NCBI GenBank assembly: GCA_951406725.2
Contig: OX597819.1
Location: 28,024,001 to 28,088,000 of the forward strand
DNA length: 64,000 nt
From: Octopus vulgaris
Taxonomy: Eukaryota
Direction: 5' to 3'
Shown one piece after another: positions 27,176 to 40,466 of the stretch (its first letter is position 1; each line of letters begins with the position of its first letter). Made by a program: the position numbers and the translations under genes. Under the pieces are notes generated by a model. That model made no database searches and was not told where the DNA came from. It saw nothing but the letters and a program-made list of their open reading frames with translations.

Positions 27176-28478
27176 TATTGGGTCATCCCATAAATAATGC
27201 GTTTTTTTTATACTTCTTTCATTTTTCAAAACTAAGATAAACAAAGTTCTTTTTTAATCTAAAATATACTCTCCTTCATTTTCTACAATGCTCTTGCATA
27301 TATCTGATAGACTTGCAAGGCCCCTCTCCAAAATTCACTTGTCTCTGATGAAAAATATTCCTCCAGTACTGTTCTGACCTTGTCTACAGAATTGATATTT
27401 TCCGGTCCAAATGATTTTGAAGACTGCAGACTAAATGATAATAAGATGGGGTAATGACCGGTGGATATGGAGGGTGGGGCATCGTTTCCCATTCAAACTG
27501 CTGCAGCCTTTGGAATGTCATCCTTGCTGAATGTCGTCAAGTATTATCCTGATGGATATTTTATGTTTGAAAAAGTTGCAGTTTTTGAGATCGTTATTTT
27601 GTCTTGAAACCGAAGATGCTCATCATTGTTCTAGTACTGACTTAAGTCTCTCAAGCTGTTCGCAGATCTCCTTTGTTACTATTTGGTTTAGGTTTAACAG
27701 TTCAAAGTGGACTAAACCTTTCATATCCACCAAACAAACAACAATACCTTATGTGGGTGAAGACCTTCTTGAGCCTGGGGTACCAGTGTTTCTCCTTTCC
27801 CTACCCACAATCTTGGGCACTTGATATTTTTATAGAGAATCCATTTCTTGTCACCAGTCACTATTCGGTCACAAAACGGTTCATTCCTGATACATGACAG
27901 GAAAGAATAGCCCACATTCACTCTCGGCGCATGATTAGATTCAGAAAGTTTGTGAGGAGCACATTGACCCAATTTGCTGATTTTTCTGATGGCATGCAGG
28001 TATCAATGATCAAATCCAAGCTTCTCTGCTAGTTCCTCAACAGTTACGATGGGATTTTCTTCCACCAGTGTTTGCAAGATGTCCTTGTTGAACTCTACAG
28101 ATCTTCCAGGACGAGGCTTGTTTTCTAGGCTGTAGTTTCTGGCTTGGAATTTCTGGAACCACCAGTGATGCTGGCTTACACTTATTGTCCAATCTCCATA
28201 CACTGCATTAATATTCCTCGCACTTTCCATTGCATTGTTGCCTTTATTGAACTCATACAGCAAAATATGTCGAATATGCTCCTTTGTCACTTCCACTATA
28301 GCATTGAAAAAATAACTTAAAATCAGCCTGCACTCTTCAAAACTTTCACTAAGAATAAGTACAAGGTAAAATTATTACCTGCTTTTATAGCAAGTTGATG
28401 CAGGTAGTTTATCCCATCCCCCTTCGACTTTTAGTTCATGCAATTGTAAAACTACATTATTTATGAGATGATCCAATA
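27176..28478 (-). mobile_element. Full-length defective mariner (~1.3 kb)
   Basis: TA-flanked TIRs TTGGGTCATCCCATAAATAATG / CATTATTTATGAGATGATCCAA; transposase pieces MEVTKEHIRHILLYEF, PHKLS and RIVTGDKKWILY; frameshifted. Confidence 0.93.
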
Positions 28479-31073
28479 TTATACATAATAAAGGGCCTTA
28501 TTCAAGGATGCAACATGTTGCCCTGTTCAGGAATTGAACCTATGACCTTATGATCATAAATCAGGCACTAGGCTATGTGCATTCACATAATTCTTCACAA
28601 GTAGAATAAATATGAAATTATCCTAAGTCATGTTAGCTGAGGTAGTCCTCAGGTAAACAGGTAGCTGTTTGCACCCTAAGAAATAAAATTCTACCAGCAC
28701 AATGAAAAGGTGAGTTTTTAAACCGGAAAAGAGACTGTACTACACACTTACATGTATGTTTGCTTTCTCTGGAAAAAACAAGTACAACACTTTGTAATCC
28801 ATAAGAATTATATATTCTTTTTCAGAAATAAAGTGTCTTGCATGAAATATTATATTCTGTTCCATCAGATGTTACAACATAAATATCTTCAGTTTATATT
28901 TTCATAGGGCTTCATGCTAATACAAACCAACAATAGTCTACCACTCTGATGACTAGAGGTTTTATCTACTAGCTGACATGTTTTTCATACTAACCTGCCT
29001 AAGATCACGATGGTCCAATGATACAAATTTCATGAAAAGTGATCTAAAATATAAAATATCATCAACATCGTTTAACGTCTGTTTTCCATGCTAGCATGGG
29101 TTGGACAGTTTGACCGGGGTCTAGGAAGCCAGGAAACTGCGCCAGGCTCCAATCTGATCTGGCAGTGTTTCTACAGCTGGATGCGCTTCCTAACGGCAAC
29201 CACTCCTTGAGTGTAGTGGGTGCTTTTTATGTGCCACCAGCATGGGTATCTTGACTACAATTTCCATTTGATTATTATTTTGATGTTGGTGTTGACATAC
29301 TTGACTCAATAGGTCTCGTTCAAACTATCAGCTTAATAATACTGTAACAAAATATTAGTAATCAAAACCTAGAAAAATAACACACCAAATAAAGATGCAT
29401 TGCACTGATTGTCTAGATAAAGTCATCAGTTTCTTGAATGAAGAATTATGAATTCTCAGCTCATCTGGATGATATTAGTAAAGATCTTGAAGTTATAGTA
29501 GAATGTATAATAGAAATACTTAGTAATGGAGTATCAAAATACCAAGGAAAATGACAGTCTGGTTATTGTTATAGTTTAACCCCAGATTAGACCTATAAGC
29601 AATGACTTTTGTGAACATCATGAATCATTGTGTACCTATGACCCTACTCAGTGTCATTGATCAGGCGTGATTTGAGGAAGAATTGCCTGCTATTTCTAGC
29701 AGGTTGGCCCACCATGTGGAGTCTGCCATATCGACTCAGGCAGTTTGGTGTTCTAAAGGAAACAACAAAATAGATTAAGAAAAAAAATTAGAGACGTTTT
29801 TCTTTTTTGTATAAACCCATTTATTCTTTCTTTACAATTATGAACACAAAAATACTGAGTTCTAGGCATGCCTACAGGCTACAAGAGTATGTAATATAGA
29901 TCTCGTTTCAAAAGAACACTTATCTTCAGATATGTAAACAATTAAAAGTGTTATATTACTGAACTACATTCTTGTAAATTATCTCTGTATGAGGTTTCCT
30001 GTATGCAGAATCGTGGATGTAATGAATTATGAAAATCGGACTGTTATTTAAACCCATTATAAATAGTTGGTAAAAATATTGCATCAATATAAAAATGTAT
30101 GACTAAAAGTTAGTCCAGTCTATTTAAGCCCCAATTCTAACACACATTAAGGCAATTATAATACAAAAGTGATCGTCTTGATACCTGACATGTGGTACAC
30201 TGTGGACCTGTACAAGAAATGTTGATTTGATAGAGTGAGTACAGCACAAATATTTCGTCACTATAAACAAATCAAGTTGACATTGGAGGGATTTGACCAT
30301 AGATTTTAAAGGTAAGGACCTAAATACAGTAAGGCATATTGGTTGTTATTCTGTCATATTTGCAATTCTACTGTTGAATAATTTAGCAAAATGAAATATA
30401 GAAATGTTTTTATAATCCTGAAAACACCATCTCCCCTGCCCCAAATCTTTAAAATTTTGACACAAAGCCAGGAATTTTAGGGGAGTGGGTAAGTTGATTT
30501 CATCAACCCAGCACTTGATACATACATTATTTTATTGGCCTTAAAAGGATGAAAGGCAAAGTCAATAATCCTTTCTACTATAGATATAAGACCTGAAATT
30601 TTGAGGGATTGGAGCTAGTCAATTACATCAACCACAATGATAAACTGGTACTTATCTTATCGATCCTGAAGGGATGTAAAGTTCAACTCGGCAGAATTTG
30701 AACTCAGAATGTAGAGACAGATGAGATATCACTAAGCATTGCATCTGGTGTGCAAATAATCCTACCAGTTCGCCACCTTAAAATATTGATTAATAATAAT
30801 AACACGTAAAAGTTTTCTAATTATGTAATTTGTTAGTAAAAATTAAAATGTATTTCATTAGCAAACTTTTTCAGCAATATTTTTTATAGTAACTGAGTAT
30901 AAATTTATATAGAAAAAATTTAATTTGCTTTCAGCAAACAAAACACTGTAAATGATTCACAACTATTCATAGAATAAGATTTATAATAAAATAACTGTTT
31001 CAATGTAGAAAAGCAGAATATTGTCTTGAATTTAAACAGCTTTCTTTACTTAAAATAATTTGGTATTTTTAGA

Positions 31074-31375
31074 CTACAACTATACTACCTTGCTCGGGTT
31101 TGTAAGGGAAATAACTATATAAGTATTTTTAGAGAGTTACTTCCCTTATATAAACCGAGCAAAAGATGAATTAATAATGTGGAAAAATGATGGTAAATTA
31201 TTTTTTAAATCGTAGACTCATCGTAGACGCACGCTAATACCCAGAAGGGCTCGATATGAATTCTGACTATAAGATACCCGCTTTTGGTTAAACTGCACCG
31301 CAAAATGTGAGAGTAGTTAGGAATCTAAATCGGAGTAGACAGTCACTCACACAACTTCACTTTTATATATAAAGA
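31074..31375 (-). mobile_element. Short non-autonomous Helitron-like element
   Basis: A|TCTTTATATATAAAAGTGAAG 5' end, CCCGAGCAAGG subterminal motif, internal AAGGGAAATAACT/AGTTACTTCCCTT inverted pair; related copy at ~37468-37850(+). Confidence 0.55.
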
Positions 31376-32210
31376 TTTGCCATATCATTTTTATTCAAGA
31401 GAAATTTGAAATCTACCGGTTTATGAATCAAGTCTAGCTATATGCAGTGTTTTAAGTAGTGAAAGTGACTTATCAGAAAGCCTTGTTTCATTGAAAATAA
31501 TCTCCACTACAAAAACATTGAAGTGAATACTGCTGAGGTTATCTTCCAAAGGAAAACCAAATGTAAGGATTGTTATCAGTGAATAATAATTACTTTTGAA
31601 AAGTGGTCAAGCAATACTTGAGCTTTGTGTAAACAAATAAAATATATTTTAAAAATATGTTGGAATGATGTTCATATGAATTGGCCACTGTAAGGAAATG
31701 GGTATGACATAAATATTTTTAATAATGTTACTGTACTATCTGTATAATAAAATATAAAGTGACAACATGCAGACATTTCTCAACCTTAATTCAGAAACGA
31801 ATGTTTGCGAGAATTCTGATGGAGTCACTGGAATGCTTAATATTTAACTTGACATTGAAGCTTATTACTAAACATGTAGCTATCATTCTAAAACTATAAT
31901 CAAATATACACAATTTTTTGTTATATAAAAAAAATGAAATCAAGTTGATTAAAACTACATCAAAAAACTGTTGAAAGATATTTTTTGAAAAAAAAAAGAG
32001 TTTGAAGATTAAAACCAAAGAATTAGTAGAAATGGTAAAAGGAATTTAGTGAATGAAATTCTTTTGTGTGTGTTTTAGCACACGTGTATATATTTCTTGC
32101 TTTTGTTTCAGTCTTCTGCAATATATAATTGAATTATAATTTGAATAAGATAGAGATGATTTTTGAAGGCATCTCATTGTAATTAATCAAGACAAATATA
32201 AGGTTTACCA

Positions 32211-32338
32211 TCAGTCATTAAGCTTATTTTTATAAGAATCTCGCAACATTCTACGTAGTATTTTCCCAGCTGCTGATTTTGGAATTTCAGATACAAATTC
32301 CACACCTCCTCGGAGCTGCTTGTATGGAGCAACATTAG
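32211..32338 (-). CDS. ACS/4CL-like terminal coding exon 11 (not in the ORF track)
   Basis: Read directly as [41 protein letters not shown]; includes the A10 catalytic Lys motif (GKILR). Confidence 0.94.
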
Positions 32339-35300
32339 CTGAATATAAAGAAAAAAGAAGAGAGAAAACAGAAAGGAACATTATTAAGATACTACTGACA
32401 TTTTTGTCTAAATTTTATCATTAAAAATAAGAAATCTAGATTGGTTTCCTTTTGTTTTTCAATACCATGGGACAATTTAAAGTCATCTTTGAAAACTAAT
32501 ATAACGGTGCCCAATTAATAAATGGAGTACCTCTCAAGGCCACAAACCGACAAAGTCTTTTGAGGTTTAAAGATAGAATGCCTTATGGTATTTGTTTCAA
32601 CTCTCTTTGTGCTCTGAATTAAAATCCATGGTCAGCTTTGCTTTTCATCCATTCAGCATCACAAAAAATATCATTTTGTCAGTCCAATAAAATGAATTGG
32701 TAGAACTGTTTGAGTGTCAGATGCACTGCTTTGCAGTCTTTGTACTGGTTTCTTGTGTTCTGATAGCAATATGTTTGATGATTCTAATGCCAAGCTGCAT
32801 TCATTTTTAAAAAAATGCCTTTCCCTTGAACAACATGAGGGCAAAGAAAAGTGACTTGCATACACAGACACCTGCTAGTCTCCCACTAGAAAGAAAGAAA
32901 CAACCTTGTAAAGGCCTGCACATAGAGATGCAGATAAATAGTCAACCATGACAGACAGAGGCTCTGGACTATCTCTCACAGTGAGCAACTGCCCAGTCTC
33001 CCTATGCTTCAAGAAGGCACGGTAGCAGGCATTAACTGTGGGTGACCTAATTACCTACATATATCTCCTTTACTAATCTATGGCATTGTGTCAAATTGTG
33101 TAATCAATTTATGCATTTATTCAATGGATGTCTACCATGTAGCAGATGACTACTTTTGTGTGACACAACTTAGCAAACTGACACAATATGTTCAGGCGTT
33201 TAATGTTGATTCTTAAAAATTTAATTCTTCTGTACATGGCTATGGGCATCATTTTTACCATAATATATTTCTAAATCTATCTCAAATCAATAAGAGAGCC
33301 TTTATATGGGTGCTCAACTGTTAGAAATAGCAACGAAATTTTCCTTAAATCCCATACTACTATCTTACAGAAACTGATAACTGATACCACATTGGGTCAC
33401 ACAGTGTGAAATACATGATGCCTGAAATAAACATAGGATGGTAATAGACTATAAGTCTACTTAATCACTTATGAACTGGGGTAAAATACCAACAAACAAT
33501 TCTCACTTTCTTGCCTTGTCTAAGATACAGAAACCAGGTCAAAGATTAAATGAATATACCTGTATTACTAATTCAAATTTTATCTACTAAAATGAAAATC
33601 CAAAATTCTTAGTAGAGTCTGACAAAACACAAAAATAAAGTTTACTGGAATTGAATCAAGTGCACAACTATTAAATCAATGGTTTACATGGACAGAACTG
33701 AATGGTGAATTTTGTATTGTTATTTTTCACATTTCACATGCTCCGTTTATTATGAAATTAGCCATAAACTAATGGCGTATGTATGTTTAGAAACAATTTT
33801 AGTGTTTAAATTTATGAAGAAGCTTCATTTGAGAAAGAGGGACCTTGTCTATAGAAGCTTTTGACTTTCTTACAATGAAGCTTAATAAGTCTAATTTTGG
33901 CATATGCCAGCAATTTTGGGGCAAAGGGGTAAGTTTATTACATCAACCCTGAAAGAATGAAAGGCAAAGCTGACTTTGGCAGCATTTAAACTCAGAACAT
34001 AAAGAGCCAGAAGAAATCTTGCTTAGCATTATTATCTAATATACCAATAATTCTGCCAGCTCACTACCTTAGGAAATTCCAGTAGTTGTAGTTGTAGAAA
34101 GGAAAAGACATTAAATTATTTAAAATTGCTTAAAGGTAGGAGGAAAGGAAGAGACATAGTTTGAGTGAACTAGGGAGAGTAATGTTCAGCAAACATCATC
34201 ATCATTGTCACTGGCATGGGTTGGATGGTTTGACTGAAAACTGACAAGCTGGGGATCTGCACCAGGTTCCGATCTAATTTGGTATGGCTTCAAAGGCTGG
34301 ATGCCCTTCCTAACACCAACCACTCCAAGAGTGTAGTGAGTGCATTTTACGTGCCAAATTTGGAAGCAGCACCAGGTTCCACAGTTCAAATAGTAGTGGT
34401 AGAAGAGACATGACTAGTGAGCCACTGAGAATAGAGCAGCATAAATGAGTGAAAACTTACACACAAAAATTTTGTATATAATTACTGTCTTTTACTCGTT
34501 TCAGTCATTAGACTGTGGCTATGCTGGAGCACCACCTTTCATCAAGCAAATTGACCCCAGGACGTATTCTTTGTAAGCTTAGTACTTATTCTATCAATCT
34601 CTTTTGCCGAACCGCTAATTTATGGGGACGTAAACACACCACCATCGGTTGTCAAGCGATGTTGGGGGGACAAACACAGACACACAAACATATACACACA
34701 CATACATATATACGACAGGCTTCTTTCAGTTTCCGTCTACCAAATCCACTCACAATTGTGCATATTTAAAAAAAACTTTCATTCATTTTATCACTTAATC
34801 AAAAGAAGAGCAACCAACATTTATGACGTTTTTAAAGATCTCTGAGATTGATGGAAAGGAAGAAGATAATCTTAGAAGGAGAAAATGTTCAAAATCTTGC
34901 AATACTATACACTTCATTAAAGCTTTGAAAGGTCAGGTGATATTAAATAAGTCAATTATTAAAACTAGTACCATAAATGAAATGGTTCTTTTAACAGACA
35001 GATTATAGATAAGAATTATTCAAGACGCTGCACAATGGGATTAGCCTAACAAGCCATATAATTGTAAACTACACAGTTCTGCCTGCATCCAGTTTTTGTA
35101 TGTGAAAGAGTAGAGTGGAGAAACTTATGCATGCCTTGAAGATGAAGTGGAGTAGATTCTTATAATGATTTCAGTATTTTCTAAATCATTAAGTATCTCC
35201 TCTAATTTTAACTCCTTATTTTCCATTTGCTTAATGAAACCAAATATAAATTATAAAATGTAAGCAAAATGTAAACCTTTAGTGAAATTCAAAACATCTT

Positions 35301-35999
35301 CCTCGCGTATGGTGCTTTTATCGTTACTGACAACAAAAGCTCGAGGTACTTCTCCAGCTTTCTCATCTGGGATACCTATCACAGCACAGTCTTTAATATC
35401 AGGATGTGTAATTAGTAGAGCTTCTAATTCAGCTGGAGCCACCTAGCGGAATAAAGAAATTAAATAAGAGTATTTAAATTTATGTTTATTTAAAAAAAGA
35501 AGCCTAACTTATCTCAAGAATGCATGCAAATCTAAAAAGAACATGAGAATAAATTAGAACAAAATCCATTAATCATAATTGCAATTTTAGAATTAATGGT
35601 TAAACTTGAAGAAAACTTGGAAAGTAATTCTTGAAATATCTGCCTCCTCCTCCTCCTTGCCATTACTGATGCAGCCACCTTCGACAACCTCATAATATCC
35701 ACTGTCCTATACTTTCATCAGTCAGATGAAACTTTGTTAAGGTAGACATTCTGTGGCTTGATGCTCTTTCGGTCATCAGCCCTCACCTGTCTTCAAGCAA
35801 AGTAATATTTCCTCTGGTCCCTTTGAGAAACAAACAGCTCAATGGCTGGACATATTTTCAAAGTAGATTGTAATCAAAGATATCATTTGTATAGATTGTG
35901 AGTTTATTTTTGATGAGCATTCAAATGCAATACACAACATGTAAATATATATATATAGTGTGTGTATGTGCATGCATGTATATAGATATATATGTGTGC

Positions 36000-36041
<42 letters not shown>

Positions 36042-36075
36042 ATGTCTATATATATATATATATATATACACACAT

Positions 36076-36112
<37 letters not shown>

Positions 36113-36986
36113 CATGTATGCATGTCTATATATATATATATATATAAATAAGGAAAAATTTTTTTTTAAAATGCAGAATGCTCAAATGAAAGAAATTTTT
36201 AATAAAATGAGAAATTGATAAAATATATAAATATATATTTATTCAACCGGTTTTCGTCATTGTATGACTTGTCAAGAATATTTATGTTTTAAAAGGTTTT
36301 TTTAAAAATTAGAAAGGGAAAAAAAGAAAATTGCACTGTTTTTTGCAAAAGAATAATGATAAAAATGTACAAAAATTAAAAAATAATTACTCCAATACAT
36401 TGTGAGTTCGTTGTGTATCTTGAGTTTTATGATTGTTCACGAAAAAATTACCTTGAGGTATTAAGATCCAAAGGGATTAAGAGCATGTGTTGTGTGGTTT
36501 AATTCAGCATGTGTTGTGTGGTTTAATTCAACATGTCCTGCAAACATGCTGAATTAAACCACACAACACATGCTCTTAATCCCTTTGGATCTTAATAACT
36601 CAAGGTAATTTTTTCGTGAACAATCATAAAACTCAAGATACACAACGAACTCACAATGTATTGGAGTAATTATTTTTTAATTTTTGTACATTTTTATCAT
36701 TATTCTTTTACAAAAAACAATGCAATTTTCTTATTTTTCCCTTTCTAATTTTTAAAAAACCTTTTAAAACATAAATATTCTTGACAAGTCATACAATGAC
36801 GAAAACCGGTTGAATAAATATATATTTATATATTTTATCAATTTCTCATTTTATTAAAAATTTCTTTCATTTGAGCATTCTGCATTTAAAAAAAATTTTT
36901 CCTTACTTATCATTTCTCCACGTGCGGTCAACACAACCCCACCATTTATTGATCTATATATATATATATATATACATGTATGCATG

Positions 36987-37030
<44 letters not shown>

Positions 37031-37078
37031 CATGTCTATATATATATTTATTTATATATATATATATACAAGTATGCA

Positions 37079-37127
<49 letters not shown>

Positions 37128-38844
37128 TAATAGTAGGGAATATAAAATTCCAAACGTACAGTGAAACATTCAATTTAGCAATTCTAAATCAAATTTCACA
37201 ATATATAATATATGTATATAATTAAGTGAAATAACCTCTGTTAAGTAATTCAATTGAGAGTGAAAGATATTATTTATATTAAATCATGTAGAAAAAATTT
37301 AAATATATTATAATAAATATTATTCTAAAAATCACTAAACTTAATAAACATTAAATTGACTATGAACGTTTCGTGACTATATCTTGAAATCGGTAATAAT
37401 AAAATCGATACTATTAAAATTAATTCGATTGAAAAATATAGCCACTCTTTAGGTCTAAAATATATACATATATATAAAGCTGAAGTCGTCTGTGTGTGGC
37501 AGGTTTGGTAGCCTTTAACTAACACTATCTCCTCCAAGACCATGCGGCGCAAGTTGACCTAAATTGAGAGTATGATAGAAGAAGGCTTGCTCTTCATTCC
37601 GTAGAAGAAAAAAATTCAAATCAGAGCATGTTAGGACCAAAAATTATCCACATCAAAAAGGTGCTTTTTTTCTATGGAAATCCCTATTTTTTACGATTTT
37701 TTGACTGCTGTGTTGCCATTTGTCAGTGTATTTCAACCAGTTAAATGTTCACTTAAAGAGAATAACAAGCTACATAATGCAAAATTTTTACTTTTCAAAA
37801 ATTCCAATTCTAAAGGGTCAAAACAAACCCAAGCAACGCTGATGTATAAGAATTAAAAATTAATATAGAAATATATGTATTGTAACAATAAATAATTAAA
37901 TAAAATGTAACAAAATTAATGAAAAATAAAATCATAACTTATCTTATTGAAGAATACCAGTTAACATCTATTGATAATGTCACTCAGTGGAAACACATGT
38001 TAAAACACACTGATATTATTTTTCATTAATATTGTTACATTTTATTCGAATATTCATTGTTACGATACATGTTTCTATATTTATTTGTTAATTATTATAT
38101 GTTAAGATACATGCAATTATTTTATTATTTTAGACCTGAAGAGTGGCTATATTTTTAAATCAAATTAATTTTAATAGTATCGATATTATTATCATTGATT
38201 TAAAGATATAGTCCCAAAACCACGTAGCCAATTTAATGTTTATTTAATTTAGTGATTTTTAAAATAATATTTATTAAAATATATTTAAATTTTTTCTATA
38301 TGATTTGATATAGATATCTTTCACTCTCAATTAAATTACTTAATAGAGGTTATTTCTCTTATGTATATGTATGTATTTTTGAGTATTTGTTTATTATTTA
38401 TTTGTATATATTAGATAATAAGTGCAGCATGTATAGTATATTAATATTATTATTATATTTTTCAAGTTAATTATATCCTCTGACGAGACCTATGGTTCTT
38501 TTAACATATAAGTATTATATTTTTTAAATGCCTACAACCCTAATATGTTGACATCTATAGGCAATGTAAGTTGGATTAACTTTTGACCATAGGCTGAAAC
38601 AGCTGTAAGAAATAGTTTATGAATTTCAATGATTTATAATATGACTTTTAAAATCTGTATTTGTATTGTTATATTACCTATTGATTTATATAATATTTTG
38701 TTTGCTTTTGATGTTCTTGTTTGTAAAATGAATAAATAATGTAACATTGTAATATCCGTAAGTTGATAAACAAACTGAATTTGTTTCTCCATTTTCTTAT
38801 TTGTATTATATATATATATATATATGTGTGTGTATGTATGTCCA

Positions 38845-38892
<48 letters not shown>

Positions 38893-39518
38893 GTACAAAA
38901 AGACAAAAAAGTGAGAAAACAAACAGGGTATATGAGGTTGGCAATCAGGAAAATTAGAAGCCTTTAACATTTTGAGCCTATGCTCTCTACAGTTAGGACA
39001 GATGAAGATACACAAAAACAAAAAAAAACTACAGAAGAGAACAAATGTGTCTCAATTAGACAGTCACACATACACACGTGCGTGTGCACATGCAACAGGT
39101 TTCTTACAGTTTCTGCTTGCCAATTCTTTGCACACAGTATTTATCAGCCGAAGACCATAGTAGCAAACATCTATTGATAATGCCACTCAGCGGAAACACA
39201 TGCTAAAACACACTGTTCTGAAGAAACACTTCTTAACCACATAACTATGTCCATGTCTTTAATAACAAGAATAATGCAGTTACCTGAAAGCCTTTATATT
39301 TGATGAGCTCCTTCAACCGATCTGTGATGTAAAAATGTCCATCCTCATCATAATGTGCAAGATCACCTATAGTTTAAAGTAACAGCAATGGACATATAAA
39401 TGGATTAATTTTGTATAACTTATCTTTTTTGTTGTCTTCCAGACTAGTCAAGGAGTACAAAGTCATTAATGTTGTTGTTAAAATAAAATTTAGATTATAA
39501 ATTCAAATAAGACATTTC

Positions 39519-39565
<47 letters not shown>

Positions 39566-40408
39566 AGGATTTTAAAGCCATTTTTGAAATGTTTCAAAGT
39601 GGTTGTATACTTAATTAGAACCAAAAGGAAGAAGAAACCGGGAAAGAGAGAGGAAGACAGACAGACAGATAAGCAGATGGCCTTACCAGCTGGCTTCAGA
39701 AAGACTGGACCAATTGCATGCTGTGTGGGAAACAAGAATGGTTGAAGGTCCTAAGCATGGATCAACAACAACAAACACAATAACAAGAAGGAGGAGGTGA
39801 AGGGCAAAGAAGAAGAAATATTTGAGGTGGTGTTTTGGTAAGATTTTAATACTTCTCTTACTTTTTTCAATAAAAATCAATCATTAAAATCAATGAGTAT
39901 AAATTTGATTAATTAAACATCCTTTTTTTTTTTGCTTCACTGCATGTTAGCCTCCACTTAACTATATACTCTTCATGCAGAAGGCAACTCTAAATAGATT
40001 TCTCCAGTCACTAAAATTGTGAAATCAGTGAATCTTTATATTATGCAGTCATCAGTTAGCTTAAGGTCTGATAAGAACTGATGAGATTTTGTACTGCAAA
40101 GGAGGTTTAATAACACAAACATGCTTGGAGTTTTCACTTTACTTGCTAAATATCAAATTTTCACTACACACCCCTATTCAAATTTTAATTAATTTAGATT
40201 TTAGAATTGTCTCTCTTCTTTTTCTTAAGAGTTAATTGTTATATGCAGGTATGGGTGTGTGGTAAGAAATTTGCTTCCAAACCACAGTTCCTGGTTCAGT
40301 TCCACTGCGTGGCACCCTGGGTAAATGTCTTTCTTCTACTATAGCCTCAAGTAAACCAGAGCTTTGTGAGTGAATTTGGAAGACAGAAACTGAAAGAAGC
40401 TTGTCGTG

Positions 40409-40466
<58 letters not shown>

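Noticed and set aside
29800-32210. Poly(A) site / 3' UTR end of the gene
   Set aside because: There are several AATAAA/ATTAAA candidates in AT-rich DNA; none can be chosen without transcript data.
35898-37169. YIYIYI-type ORFs here and elsewhere
   Set aside because: They are translations of (TA)n/(CA)n microsatellites.
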